The notes under the pieces: generated by a model
Told to the model about the DNA's origin: nothing
Seen by the model: the letters and a program-made list of their open reading frames with translations, nothing else
The model's database searches: none
Part shown: positions 45,409 through 56,068 of the stretch, piece by piece
Position numbering within the stretch: the stretch's first letter is position 1
Layout of the letters: every line of letters starts with the position of its first letter
IMG/VR virus record: IMGVR_UViG_3300017914_000750
Coordinates: 1-64,000 of that record
DNA from: a virus
Lineage: Duplodnaviria > Caudoviricetes
DNA: 64,000 bases
Direction: 5' to 3' (one strand)
Made by a program: the position numbers and the translations under genes

Positions 45409-46785
45409 TTAACCTAATGGTTTTAGTTTAGTTAAAGCCTCTGAATATCTTGCAATTGAAGGGTCTAGGACTTTCTCTTCGTCTGAAGCGAATTCTCCTG
45501 TTCCTTCTTCAACTACAGTTTCTTCTGAGACCGTTTCACCGTCAACTTTGAAGTATGCTTCTTTGATTTCTGCAATTTTCTCTTCGAAATCTGCTTCGTC
45601 TGTGAAGTCTACTCCTTTTGATAATGAAACTAGCTTTTCTCTTTGTGATTCAGTAAGGTCTTCCCCTGCTGATTTCACAACATTTTCTCTCTTCAATGAA
45701 CCAAGTTCCTCATTGATATCGATGTTCTTTTGAACTTCGGCATCGAGTTTTTGTTCCATCTCATCGAGACGATTTGCGAGTTCGTCAACAACATTATACT
45801 TGTCTTCAGGAACTTCAACATAGTGTTCTACGAACAATGTTTTCAATCCTTCGATAAAGTTTTCAGTCATTTCCGACCTCAAACCCCTTTCTATTGCGAG
45901 TTCGTTTTCTTTCGTCCACTCTTCAGCACAGTATGATAGATACTTGTCAACTGCTTCCGATAGGTCACCTTTAACTTTCTCTACTGAGGTTTTTAATTCT
46001 TCTGAATATTGAGACTCTAGTTCTTCTTTAATCTCTTCGACTTTAGATGATACTGCAGCCTTAAAGATTGTTTTTGCTTTCTCTGAGTTCTCTTCTGATA
46101 ATTCTAGTGCTTCTGAAATTTTTGATAGGTCGTCATCTATTTCAATTTCTACTAGTGAAGATTCGAGTTCAGCAGAAGTTTCTTCGTCTACATTCTCTTC
46201 AGATGTTTCTTCGTATTTTGCCATGAGTTTTTTCTTCTTCTCATCGTCTTTTTCATATGAACTATCTAGTTCGGAAACGAATTTTTGAACATCTTCTTGA
46301 GACATAGCCTTAAGAGATTCTACTACTTTTCTAGCAACTTCTGCTTTAGTCAAGGATTCATCGACCTCTTCGTCCTCTTCAGACAATGAAGAAAGCATTT
46401 CTTTGATTGATGCTTTGTCTAGACCTTTCATCTTGTCGACTACTGCCTTGATGTTTTCCATCTTAGAAGTTGTTGCCTCGTCTACTTTAGACTCTTCTTC
46501 ACCTTCTTTTAATTTCTCTCCTTTCTCAGGAGCAGATGCACCTTTCTTCTGAGGGTCACCTTCGTTTGAAGGAGCCTTCTCATTAGATTTAACTGATGCT
46601 ACGGCTTTGTCAACAGGATTTTCTTCTGGCTTGACGACTTCACCTTTACCGCCTTCGATTTTCTCGGCGTCTGATGAACCTTGCTTTACTGCAGATTTGT
46701 CACCCTGTTCTGCACCGTCATGTGGTTGCTTAACTTCGTCAAGCACCTCTTCGGTGTTTTCAACTTGATTTTCTAAATCTGACAT
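45409..46785 (-). CDS. gp22: Prohead core scaffold protein
   Basis: Acidic coiled coil; KTIFKAAV, VDKYL.Y..EEW..EN. Confidence 0.9.
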   Translation of the reverse strand: MSDLENQVENTEEVLDEVKQPHDGAEQGDKSAVKQGSSDAEKIEGGKGEVVKPEENPVDKAVASVKSNEKAPSNEGDPQKKGASAPEKGEKLKEGEEESKVDEATTSKMENIKAVVDKMKGLDKASIKEMLSSLSEEDEEVDESLTKAEVARKVVESLKAMSQEDVQKFVSELDSSYEKDDEKKKKLMAKYEETSEENVDEETSAELESSLVEIEIDDDLSKISEALELSEENSEKAKTIFKAAVSSKVEEIKEELESQYSEELKTSVEKVKGDLSEAVDKYLSYCAEEWTKENELAIERGLRSEMTENFIEGLKTLFVEHYVEVPEDKYNVVDELANRLDEMEQKLDAEVQKNIDINEELGSLKRENVVKSAGEDLTESQREKLVSLSKGVDFTDEADFEEKIAEIKEAYFKVDGETVSEETVVEEGTGEFASDEEKVLDPSIARYSEALTKLKPLG

Positions 46786-46823
46786 AAATTTCTCCTGTTT
46801 ATGATTACTTTTTTATTTATATG

Positions 46824-47477
46824 CTAAAGGCTTTCAACAAACCTTTTCCATAAGTTCAATTTGGTTTCTTCAAGCTTATTCAGTCTTGCAGACTTTAATT
46901 CTTTCTGCATTTGTTCGACTTCTACTGCTTTTAAGATACCGTTTTCCATTACCCATTCAACTCCTTCCATGATTCCTTCTACGAAAGCCTCAGGTGCTGA
47001 AGGGTCTGCGACTATGTCCCCTGCTGTTGCAAGTTGAAAGTCGTCTTTTACATATTGTGCATTTCCTTTAGATTCTAGTGAACCTAGACCTCTAGAAGAA
47101 ACACCCAACTTTGCACCGTCATCAATCAAATTTTTAACAATTTGACCGTTTGGTGTTGATAAAATCTTTGCTCTTCCCACATAGTTGTTTCCATCTTCTT
47201 CTAATTTCGTGATTAAGTGGGATACTTTGTCTAAATTGATTGTAGGCCCTTCGGGGTGTCCTAACTCTCCGAATGCTCTACTTTTTTCTACGAACTCTTT
47301 GTTATACCTTTTTACTTCTTCTTGTATAACTTGTTTAGGGTATATACGACCATTTCTGTTTTTAATTTCAGACTGCATAAAGATACCTTCGATGTAGTAA
47401 TCTTTCTCACCCTTTTCGTTTTGTTCTACTATTACAGGTTCAATCCCGTAGTCATTAAATTCAGAAATTAATTTCAT
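46824..47477 (-). CDS. gp21: Prohead protease
   Basis: NRNGRIY, GELGHP, GVSSRGLGS, DIVADPSAP. Confidence 0.97.
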   Translation of the reverse strand: MKLISEFNDYGIEPVIVEQNEKGEKDYYIEGIFMQSEIKNRNGRIYPKQVIQEEVKRYNKEFVEKSRAFGELGHPEGPTINLDKVSHLITKLEEDGNNYVGRAKILSTPNGQIVKNLIDDGAKLGVSSRGLGSLESKGNAQYVKDDFQLATAGDIVADPSAPEAFVEGIMEGVEWVMENGILKAVEVEQMQKELKSARLNKLEETKLNLWKRFVESL

Positions 47478-47754
47478 TTGTTATTTCCTCTATTGATATA
47501 CCTTCTTCGGACATGTCTTTCAAAATTTGTTTAACATGCTGTATACCAGTTTTCAAAGACTCTTGGTCTTCAAAGGTCTCTTGTATTCCATGTCCGTTCA
47601 AGAATACAGTCAACCCTTCTTCACACTCGGTGTAAACTATATTTATAGTTTCTTCACCAGCTTTAAAGAGTTCCCTCTTTACTTCAGTATGTCCCTCGGG
47701 AATACTGAACTTCGACTCATGAAGTTCCTGAGCTATATCAGAAAAGGTTTTCAC
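47461..47754 (-). CDS. Probable prohead core/internal protein
   Basis: MKTF...LHE N-terminus; gp68 position. Confidence 0.6.
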   Translation of the reverse strand: MKTFSDIAQELHESKFSIPEGHTEVKRELFKAGEETINIVYTECEEGLTVFLNGHGIQETFEDQESLKTGIQHVKQILKDMSEEGISIEEITNEINF

Positions 47755-47930
47755 TTCTCTACTTCACCTTCTGAAGTGTTATTATTCATCCAGTTAACAC
47801 TCTTTTCTACTCTCTTCATGTCAACCACTTCTGCAGCTTTCTGTTTGATACCGTCAAAGATTTCACTCTTTGCTTGTTCTAACTTTCCTGCCTCAATACT
47901 ATCAACTATTTTATCTGATATTTCACTCAT
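47751..47930 (-). CDS. gp67-like prohead core protein (59 aa)
   Basis: Hand translation MSEISDKIVDSIEAGKLEQAKSEIF...; lies immediately after the portal gene. Confidence 0.7.
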   Translation of the reverse strand: MSEISDKIVDSIEAGKLEQAKSEIFDGIKQKAAEVVDMKRVEKSVNWMNNNTSEGEVEK

Positions 47931-47932
47931 TA

Positions 47933-49465
47933 TTAAAATCCTCCAAAGTCGTCATCGTCTCCACCTTCCTCATCACCACCTTCGTCTTGTATCTGTTGGT
48001 CAATGAGTTTGATGTCCTCTTCTGATTGTCTTAGAACATACTTTCTAACATATTCGTTTGAATAGTATTTTCCAACATAATCAGATATTGTTCCAAGAGT
48101 ATCTAATCTTTCTCTTAGAACCTCTGCATCTTTCAACTCTGTAAAGTGGTTGTCCGTTGCAAAGTCATACTGGATAAAGTCTTTCATTTTGTCAAACTCT
48201 TCACCAGTTACGATTTCCTTAAGAACTAATTGTGTCTTAAGAATATCTGTAAAACTTCTTGCAAATTTATTTTGCAATCTATTAGTGAACTTATTAAATT
48301 TAAGTTCGTCTCTAGATATCTCTGAAGCACGACCCATGTTAAATCCATTGTCTGCTTCTAATCTAGTTGCAGGCACATTTAGTGACTGATATAACTTCTT
48401 CTTGAAGTATTCTATATCGTCAATGTCTGCAAGGTTTTGACCGCCTGGGAGTGTGGTAATCTCTGTTCCTCTACCACCCTCTCTTCTAGGTAACCAAAAG
48501 TCCTCAAGCATAGACATGTGTTTTCTATCATCTTTGATTTCACCTGTCTGTGCGTTATAAACAAGTTTATTTCTATACTTGTTCATTACATCTGCAAGAT
48601 ATTGTTCTGCTTTTGCTTTTGGCAAGTTACCAACATCAATATAGAAGATTCTTCTTTCAGGAGCTCTTGAAATCCTATAGATTACAAGTGCATCTTCCAT
48701 CATTGATAACTGGTTTGCAGTCTTCAATGCCTTGTGCAGATATCCGATAACTACATTCTTACTGTAGTCGAGAAGGCCACTAGTAGTGTATGAGACGGCC
48801 TCAGGTGCAATTCTTACGACATTCCCGTCTGTTGCACTAGATTTATCAAATCCTTTGTCATTAAAGACATAGAACTCTTCAATCTTCTCTACTCGTTCTA
48901 TCTTTGTCTTAGGGTCTTTACCCTTTTCGACATTCCTGACCTTCTTAATTTTAAGTGGGTCAATGTTTCTTAGGTCTACTATACCTAACTTTGGTCGTTT
49001 GCTATCAACGACCTTATGGAAGTAAATCCTTCCGTCAACATACCACTTTCTGAAAATTTCATGAGAGTTCTGATTGAACTTCATTATGGATAAGATGTGA
49101 TTGAACTCGTCATGTATCTTATTTTTGATACTATCAGAGAGTTTCACATCTCTGAGGTCGAGTGTCACTATCTTATCTGAAGTATCAGAAGTGATACACT
49201 CATTAACAATATCTTCTATTGCTGAGTCACATTCGGGAACTAATGACACTTCACGGTATCTACGAATGAGTTCTGCCTCATTCTTGATACCACCTTCCAT
49301 ATCAACATAGGCACCGTAAGCACCTCCTGATATGTAACCCGCCTGTTGTTGTATAACGGGTGTGCCATCATCGTCAACAGGAGGCACGAATGACTTAGCA
49401 TTCGGTGTCTCCTTGACTCTCAACTCGTCTTTCTTACGAGTTATTTCAAACCCAAATAGTTCCAT
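47933..49465 (-). CDS. gp20: Portal protein
   Basis: WYVDGR, YRISRAPERRIFYIDVG, EDFWLPRREG. Confidence 0.98.
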   Translation of the reverse strand: MELFGFEITRKKDELRVKETPNAKSFVPPVDDDGTPVIQQQAGYISGGAYGAYVDMEGGIKNEAELIRRYREVSLVPECDSAIEDIVNECITSDTSDKIVTLDLRDVKLSDSIKNKIHDEFNHILSIMKFNQNSHEIFRKWYVDGRIYFHKVVDSKRPKLGIVDLRNIDPLKIKKVRNVEKGKDPKTKIERVEKIEEFYVFNDKGFDKSSATDGNVVRIAPEAVSYTTSGLLDYSKNVVIGYLHKALKTANQLSMMEDALVIYRISRAPERRIFYIDVGNLPKAKAEQYLADVMNKYRNKLVYNAQTGEIKDDRKHMSMLEDFWLPRREGGRGTEITTLPGGQNLADIDDIEYFKKKLYQSLNVPATRLEADNGFNMGRASEISRDELKFNKFTNRLQNKFARSFTDILKTQLVLKEIVTGEEFDKMKDFIQYDFATDNHFTELKDAEVLRERLDTLGTISDYVGKYYSNEYVRKYVLRQSEEDIKLIDQQIQDEGGDEEGGDDDDFGGF

Positions 49466-49509
49466 AATATTATTTAGTCTCCCCTAAAGGAGTCATTTTT
49501 ATTAGGTTA

Positions 49510-50007
49510 TTATACGACTCTTTCCCAGTGCGAATATGTGAAATCAACTGTGAACTCCTCTAATGCATCTACTGTTTCGTAATTTAAGTCGATAGCAGCG
49601 ATATTCTTAGGGAATATGTTGAAGAACTCATATTTAGCAAGGACTGAGTCGTCTTTTCCTAATTGTTCAACACTTGCTCTTGCAAGTAAGTAGTCGTTTG
49701 ACGCCATACCTACACCTGAGTCAAGTTCTTGAATGTCTTGTTGCCAAGCTTCTAGTGCTGACCTAGCAGAAAATTCAGAATCATTAATGATAGTCACTGA
49801 CCAATCTTCGAATGTTCTGTCTCCCGCCAATTTAAGATTGTGTCCTCTAAAAGGAACCAAAATCTCACCTAGGGTAGCAGCTGGAATTTGTGCAGCCTTA
49901 CATAGGAACTCAATCCTATTACCGCTTCTTGGAATGAAGACTCTGAATCGGTTTGGTCTTGGGCCACCACCAATCAGTTGTGCTTTAAATTCATCTATTG
50001 TTGCCAT
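49510..50007 (-). CDS. gp19: Tail tube protein
   Basis: RPNRF, AGDRTFEDW, EEFTVDF.Y. Confidence 0.95.
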   Translation of the reverse strand: MATIDEFKAQLIGGGPRPNRFRVFIPRSGNRIEFLCKAAQIPAATLGEILVPFRGHNLKLAGDRTFEDWSVTIINDSEFSARSALEAWQQDIQELDSGVGMASNDYLLARASVEQLGKDDSVLAKYEFFNIFPKNIAAIDLNYETVDALEEFTVDFTYSHWERVV

Positions 50008-50017
50008 TCTTTACTCC

Positions 50018-51988
50018 TTAAACTGCTCCGTAGATTTCTTCAAACTCAACTCCTGACCTTGCAGCCACGAAGTTAAGAGTGATAAAGTTAATACTTCTAG
50101 CAGGTTTCACAAAGATAGAACATACAAATTCATTTCTATCTATAACAGTATCAGTGTTGTTTGTTTCATCACATAATACTGAGAAGTCTACTAGACCCCT
50201 TCTGTTTTTAACATCTCTTAAGAAAGGTTCTACCGCTGCTCTAAATTGTGCTCTAGTGAATGCATCGTTAAATTCAAAGAGTTGTGATTTAGCTGCAGTT
50301 GCAATTGCTTTCTCTAAGACAATGAATAACCTTCTGACATTGATTCTATCGAATGCTGAAGGTGATGTTAGTGCAGTTTTGTCTCCGAAAAGAACTGTTC
50401 CTTGGCCTGGGAATGTTACTATTGGATTGATTCTTGCACTGTATAAATCATCTCTAGATGATTGCGATGGGTTAAATGCAAGTTTTGTAATCCCTAAGTA
50501 TTGACCTCTTGAGAATCCTGCTGGTGAGAACCATGGGTCTCTCAATAAATCTGACCTTGCCATAAGTCCTGCTGTATGTCCGTTGCCTGGCACCCAACAA
50601 TATCTGTCGTTATATCTGTCATATTGATATACCCAACCTGAATCTAAGACTGCATATGAACTTGAAGTTACATTTGCAAAGTCTTGAATTACTTGACTTG
50701 ATTGAGTAGATTCTGAAGATACATTTACTACTGATACTTTCTTAGGTGAAGCAATAACCATACAATCTTTTCGACTTTCTGCTACTTGGATAATTTGGTT
50801 AACTATAGTGTTGTGGTCTGCCTCGTTTGCATTGTCTGTTCTAGTAGAACCTACAATCAAGAATGAAACATCAACTGTTTCTGCGTCTCCGAATAAGTCC
50901 ACATATGCACCATACTTCTGACCTGCTGTATGTTGAGCTCCATCGGAACCGTTTGCAAGTGAAGAGTTAATTGGTGCAGAAGGTCTTGAGAACGCAGTTG
51001 AAGCTGAATCTAAGTGTGTTGTTACTGAGTTTGCAGCTGCGTGAGTTGAGGTTGAGTGACCTGTCCACCATACCCATTTTGATTGATTATTAATTACTTC
51101 TTTGTAGTAATTAGACCCACCTTGTGAATCTTTTGCGTCTGAAGCACATGAAACAAACCCGTAAGTTTCTAGAACTTCGTGTTGTTTACCTGTAATACTT
51201 CCGTCTTCGTCTACGACTACTACATGAATTTCGTCTGCACTACCTGATACTGCACTCGCAGATACAGATGTGCCTGGAGCTTTATCAAATAGATTATAAA
51301 ACTCCCAATACCTATGAACATTAGCTCCTGAAGATAATGCTTCAACGAGACCTGTTCCTGCTGGTTGGTTTAGTGCTTCGATGGTTATAGTTCCTGTTGC
51401 AGTAGCAGTTACCCTATATTCTTGAGGGTTAGTAGCAAATCTTACGATATCTCTAACTTGGAATCCCGCTTCGGAAGTGACTGATATTACAGTCTGACCG
51501 ACAGCTTCGTTTTCGTCTAAGGTAGTTACAATGTCGTTGAAGTATGCATCTGAACTTGCACATACTGAAACTTTCAATGAATTACCTAGTGCGCCTGGGT
51601 ATTTTGCTGTCCAACTACCTACAGTGCCTGCAGCTCCACCATTTTCAAATCCTGATTGGTAAGCATCTAGGTTTTTGATACTTGCATCAGTATCTCCACC
51701 TGAGTTAGCATTGTATGTTGTTGCACTTGCAACACGAACAACTCTTAGTGATGAACCATATCTAAGAAAAGACTCTGCTGTATAGAAGTCTTCTGCACTA
51801 GCGTTTGTGTTTGCTGGTGACATGAAGTTGTCAACTAAACCTGTTGCGTCTGAAACTGATACTACTTCATCAACAGGGCCCCATCGAAATGAACCTGCGA
51901 ATCCACCAGTTGTGGACGATACTGCAGGCACAACATTTGTCAAGTCTACTTCTTTGACCTGAACGCCTGGTGATACTTGAAATGCCAT
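50018..51988 (-). CDS. gp18: Tail sheath protein
   Basis: SPGV..KE.D, PWFSPAG, FDRINVRRLF, KPARSINFI. Confidence 0.97.
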   Translation of the reverse strand: MAFQVSPGVQVKEVDLTNVVPAVSSTTGGFAGSFRWGPVDEVVSVSDATGLVDNFMSPANTNASAEDFYTAESFLRYGSSLRVVRVASATTYNANSGGDTDASIKNLDAYQSGFENGGAAGTVGSWTAKYPGALGNSLKVSVCASSDAYFNDIVTTLDENEAVGQTVISVTSEAGFQVRDIVRFATNPQEYRVTATATGTITIEALNQPAGTGLVEALSSGANVHRYWEFYNLFDKAPGTSVSASAVSGSADEIHVVVVDEDGSITGKQHEVLETYGFVSCASDAKDSQGGSNYYKEVINNQSKWVWWTGHSTSTHAAANSVTTHLDSASTAFSRPSAPINSSLANGSDGAQHTAGQKYGAYVDLFGDAETVDVSFLIVGSTRTDNANEADHNTIVNQIIQVAESRKDCMVIASPKKVSVVNVSSESTQSSQVIQDFANVTSSSYAVLDSGWVYQYDRYNDRYCWVPGNGHTAGLMARSDLLRDPWFSPAGFSRGQYLGITKLAFNPSQSSRDDLYSARINPIVTFPGQGTVLFGDKTALTSPSAFDRINVRRLFIVLEKAIATAAKSQLFEFNDAFTRAQFRAAVEPFLRDVKNRRGLVDFSVLCDETNNTDTVIDRNEFVCSIFVKPARSINFITLNFVAARSGVEFEEIYGAV

Positions 51989-52053
51989 ACTTTTCTCCTG
52001 TTAATGTAAAAAGTTGTTTACTGTTTTATTTATAACCAAACTAATTCTAACGA

Positions 52054-53658
52054 CTACCATTTTATCTCTACATCATTCTCTTTTGTATACCAACGGTCTC
52101 CATTATCGTCTACAAAGGTTACATCTTCGGGTTTTTCCCCTCCAAACACCCCTGCTGGTAATAAATCCTCTTCTATCATCTTCTGTTGTTCTGCATACAA
52201 TAAGTCTTTGACCTGAGTATCCGTTAAATGGTAGAAGTAATCAGTGGTTATAAACCACGAAAATAATACTAAATTCATGACCATATCGTCATGATATCCC
52301 TTGTCTGCTTCAAAGGAATTACCCTTATTGACAAAGGTCATAAGCTCTGTTATAGTAGGTCTATCAACTACTGATAATCGATTTTCCTCTAATAGTTCTT
52401 TAAGAGTAGAACAACCGATTCTCTTAATCTTACGATTTACAGATATTCCAATATCCTCAGCCTTTAACTGTCCTTGAGTAAACACATTTGGATATTCAAT
52501 ATCATAATGTAATTGAGTTGCAACTATACCACCTTCTGCATTATTTTCAATGATAACTAATGCCTCATTATAAGGTCTTACATATTTATTTATAATATCG
52601 GGAAACAGCATGGGACTTACCATGTCGTCTCGATAGGTTGCAACTTGTTTAAAAGGTTTACTTGTTACATCAAATATAGAGAATGTGGAAAAGTCCATAC
52701 CTCTACCTTTTGCAACATCAACCGTGCAAACATAATTATGTCCTTCAATCGGCTTCTGATATATACTCACACCGTCGCGATTCCACTCGGGGTCTTCGGA
52801 CATCATACCTAACAAGGTATTAGAGTTAATTAGAGTATTACCAGTTCCTAAGAATGAGTTACCATACTCTTGTTCAAACTGTGCTTCTGAGGTGTTTGCA
52901 ATAGTTTGTTCTTTCCATTCCTCGTCTCTGCCTGGCACATCATACCAATTGATTATGAAGTGTTTATATTCTGACTGTTCGTGAACTGCAGATTCGTATA
53001 TCTTATGGAACATATTACCTACACCGTTTGCAGTTGAGGTAATGATAACCTTTGAATCTTTACCCGAGGTAATTACGGGATATGTTGCAGTATAGAATGT
53101 CTCTGCATCGTCTACAAAAGCAAACTCGTCCAAGTATAGTAGATTGATAGACATACCACGAATCGAACTTGAACTTGTTGCAGCTGCAACTACTTTTGAG
53201 TCATTTGCAAACTCAATTGACCCTTTGTTTAAAATCTTTACGCCTGGTTGTAAAAAGAATGGAACAGACTCTAACATGGTTACGACCCTTGCAATCATTT
53301 CTCTTGCAATTGCACCTTTGTTAGCAAGAACTGCAACGGTAACTTCGGGGTGAAATAATAGATACCATAATAAGTATGCACACGAAGTGATTGATTTACC
53401 ACTCTGTCTACTTGCAAGAACTACATTAAATCTATTTGAATTATAGTGTTCTATGAGTTTATCTTGATATCCACGAAGTTTAAATGGAACCATACCTTCG
53501 TCAAGAGATATAATCTGAGTATAAGATTCAATAAAATGCACGGGGTCTTGAGAACACTTCATGTATTCTTTCAATTCCTCTTCAGTATATTGAGTCTCAA
53601 TACCAGCTCTCTTAATAAGAGTGTTACCGAGATATCCTTCGTTTGTTGGTTTAACCAT
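52054..53658 (-). CDS. gp17: Terminase large subunit
   Basis: SRQSGKS, LDEFAF, STANG, HDDMVM. Confidence 0.97.
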   Translation of the reverse strand: MVKPTNEGYLGNTLIKRAGIETQYTEEELKEYMKCSQDPVHFIESYTQIISLDEGMVPFKLRGYQDKLIEHYNSNRFNVVLASRQSGKSITSCAYLLWYLLFHPEVTVAVLANKGAIAREMIARVVTMLESVPFFLQPGVKILNKGSIEFANDSKVVAAATSSSSIRGMSINLLYLDEFAFVDDAETFYTATYPVITSGKDSKVIITSTANGVGNMFHKIYESAVHEQSEYKHFIINWYDVPGRDEEWKEQTIANTSEAQFEQEYGNSFLGTGNTLINSNTLLGMMSEDPEWNRDGVSIYQKPIEGHNYVCTVDVAKGRGMDFSTFSIFDVTSKPFKQVATYRDDMVSPMLFPDIINKYVRPYNEALVIIENNAEGGIVATQLHYDIEYPNVFTQGQLKAEDIGISVNRKIKRIGCSTLKELLEENRLSVVDRPTITELMTFVNKGNSFEADKGYHDDMVMNLVLFSWFITTDYFYHLTDTQVKDLLYAEQQKMIEEDLLPAGVFGGEKPEDVTFVDDNGDRWYTKENDVEIKW

Positions 53659-54619
53659 ACATTCTCGTTGTAAAATCCCAATCGTAAGTCATTCTCCAAT
53701 GAGTAAGACCCATATTGGTAAAATTAAATTTACCGTCAAATCCACATTCCCAACCTAACATTACTTTCTTGTCGGGGTCATGAAATTTTTCTCCACCTAA
53801 TATATCACCTTCATATACTTGTTTCGTTATTTTAAAAGTATCTGTATAATCACACCATAGATTTTGGTTCCTAAAACCAGCTTGTTCCCATGCATGTTGT
53901 AAATCTGAAATCATATCTAGGTATGTGAGACCAGCTTTATCTAAATCACCACCATAATCTACTTTTGTATCTTCACCATACATTTTAGTTTGTTCTAGTT
54001 CGTATAGGTTTACAGTATTAGGATATAGTTTATCCATTACTCCTCTTTCTTTTGCACTTTCAAATAAAGGAACTATACCCTCTCCATAAAAGTTATATGC
54101 AACCATTTCATGAATATAGATATCTGCTTCAGGCCATTCTGCTCTATTGAAACAATCATGAATTATATTCCAATTAGGAAAACGACCTTTTAGATATACA
54201 TTACTCCAAAAGTTTTTATCTATACCTATACATTTTTTTGCACCATGAAAGTCTGCAAGTGCTAAGAGACAACCAGTTCCTACTCCTAAATCACAAACAG
54301 TTTTACCCCTTGCATGTTCTTTAAAGAATTTTGAGTATGCATTATTTCTATCTGCATCTCTTATCATTGCAGTATATCCTGTTCCTCGTTTAGTTAGATT
54401 ACTGACTGCTTCATACCATAGTGGGTGTCCCATATCTATATGAGGAGGCATTTTTATTTCACTATCACTTTGAAACTGTTGTTTGAGTCTGAGAACTTTT
54501 AAATATTTATCCTCACCCATTTCAGTAAAATCAGGCTCAACATATGATATCGAACCCTGTTTCATGTCATGAATTACATATGGTTCGTCATTGTTGTTTT
54601 CTTTAGTCTGTTCCGTCAT
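53651..54619 (-). CDS. Class I SAM-dependent methyltransferase, PRMT-like
   Basis: MIRD..RN.AY, VCDLGVGTG, GAKKCIGID, HEMVAYNFYGEG (double-E-like), THW near the C-terminus. Confidence 0.7.
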   Translation of the reverse strand: MTEQTKENNNDEPYVIHDMKQGSISYVEPDFTEMGEDKYLKVLRLKQQFQSDSEIKMPPHIDMGHPLWYEAVSNLTKRGTGYTAMIRDADRNNAYSKFFKEHARGKTVCDLGVGTGCLLALADFHGAKKCIGIDKNFWSNVYLKGRFPNWNIIHDCFNRAEWPEADIYIHEMVAYNFYGEGIVPLFESAKERGVMDKLYPNTVNLYELEQTKMYGEDTKVDYGGDLDKAGLTYLDMISDLQHAWEQAGFRNQNLWCDYTDTFKITKQVYEGDILGGEKFHDPDKKVMLGWECGFDGKFNFTNMGLTHWRMTYDWDFTTRMYG

Positions 54620-55013
54620 TTCCCTTTGATTTCTTCAAGAACTTTTGCAACTCACTTGTCGAACCGACATATAAATGGTTGTGTTGTGTCTTGATAGAAC
54701 TATCCTCCTTTTCTAAATCCTTTAATTTTTTCTGTATATCAATAAGCTTTTCTGCAGTATCAGATACAGTCTTAATTAACTGTCCAGCAACCTCGTATGC
54801 ACGGGGGTGTTCTGTTTCTTTGGATAGTTCTAATATACCGTCTATTGCATCTTGTCCTCGTTCTACGAGGTTATAGAGGTTCTCACGGGCATATTTGTAA
54901 TCGGTCTCAATGTTCTCTGACCTTTTAGGGACTTTGACAATCTGAGTTTCTTTTTTAATATCAGAATTGATATCAAGAAGATTATCTAATTTTTCGTCTA
55001 TTTCTTTTGTCAT
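54603..55013 (-). CDS. gp16: Terminase small subunit
   Basis: DY.YAR.NL, HPRAYEV, VGSTSELQK. Confidence 0.93.
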   Translation of the reverse strand: MTKEIDEKLDNLLDINSDIKKETQIVKVPKRSENIETDYKYARENLYNLVERGQDAIDGILELSKETEHPRAYEVAGQLIKTVSDTAEKLIDIQKKLKDLEKEDSSIKTQHNHLYVGSTSELQKFLKKSKGNDGTD

Positions 55014-55015
55014 AA

Positions 55016-56068
55016 TTAACCGTCACTGGCTCTATCCTCAGAATATGTTGAGGTTACACCGTCATCATAAAAACTCACTGTTTCTGCAACTACGAAAGTA
55101 TCGTTAGGTTGAACTGAACCAACATACTTCAACTGCGTGTTTGCAGATATTGTTACAGCACTACTTAATGTAATTCCAAGTTTATCACTTGTAATTGCTG
55201 TAATTGTAGGATTCGTTGTTAAGTTAGTTCCAAAAACCTCGTCTCCTACACTTATCTTACTATTTATTGCTGTGGGGAATGTTACTGTTGCACTACCACT
55301 TACTGCATTATTGTTGTCTGTTGCAAACGCAGGTTCATAGTGTTTAACTTCTTTGACCAATCCTGAATTATTAATCTGAGTTGAAGTAAATCCAGGCTGG
55401 ATATCTGTATTAATGTAATCTCTTTCGATAACATTTTTGATAACCTCTCCAGTATAAACTGGGCCGAAGAAGTATATCTTCATAGTAAATTCTAATGTGT
55501 ATTCTATAACTCTTCTTTCTACAAACTCACCTTCATATTGGTCGTCCATTGTAACTGAGTTCAATATGACTGGGACATCTCTTACTTCATTCATACTATC
55601 AACCATTTTCATTGATACTGTATATTCGGGTTGGAAGTAAGGAAGTATTTGTTCTACAATTTGAATTGCGTCAATAGCATTCTTTGACATAATTGATAAT
55701 GTAAAACTTAAATTGTATGGTGCTGGTTGATACTGGAAACCTCTCTTCCCTGTATCTGAAGTTTCTAATTGTGATTTTTGTGTTCTGAGTAATTTATTTT
55801 GTTGTCTTGCTGGGTCATACTCTAGACCTGTAAGTTCGAATGCCATACGAGGTAAAGATATAGAAGTAACATTACCGTCTTTTGCTTTTACATCGTCTTT
55901 TAATCTTAAGAGGAATTTTTGTTTTGGGCCATATGATATAGGAACTAAATTTTTTGCCAATACAGTTCCGTCTGCTTTTATTTTACTTGTATAGATATTA
56001 TTAAATAAGGTTCCAAATACAGAAATTGACCTTTTAATAGTTTCATTGTAAAAGAATGTTCCAAACAT
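55016..56068 (-). CDS. gp15: Tail sheath stabiliser/terminator
   Basis: FGTLFN, PISYGPK, LPRMAFE, EQILPYFQP. Confidence 0.92.
   Translation of the reverse strand: MFGTFFYNETIKRSISVFGTLFNNIYTSKIKADGTVLAKNLVPISYGPKQKFLLRLKDDVKAKDGNVTSISLPRMAFELTGLEYDPARQQNKLLRTQKSQLETSDTGKRGFQYQPAPYNLSFTLSIMSKNAIDAIQIVEQILPYFQPEYTVSMKMVDSMNEVRDVPVILNSVTMDDQYEGEFVERRVIEYTLEFTMKIYFFGPVYTGEVIKNVIERDYINTDIQPGFTSTQINNSGLVKEVKHYEPAFATDNNNAVSGSATVTFPTAINSKISVGDEVFGTNLTTNPTITAITSDKLGITLSSAVTISANTQLKYVGSVQPNDTFVVAETVSFYDDGVTSTYSEDRASDG

Noticed and set aside
8350-53658. Introns, inteins or homing endonucleases in gp43, gp46, gp20 and gp17
   Set aside because: These ORFs are uninterrupted and of normal length; no HNH, GIY-YIG or LAGLIDADG motif was recognised.
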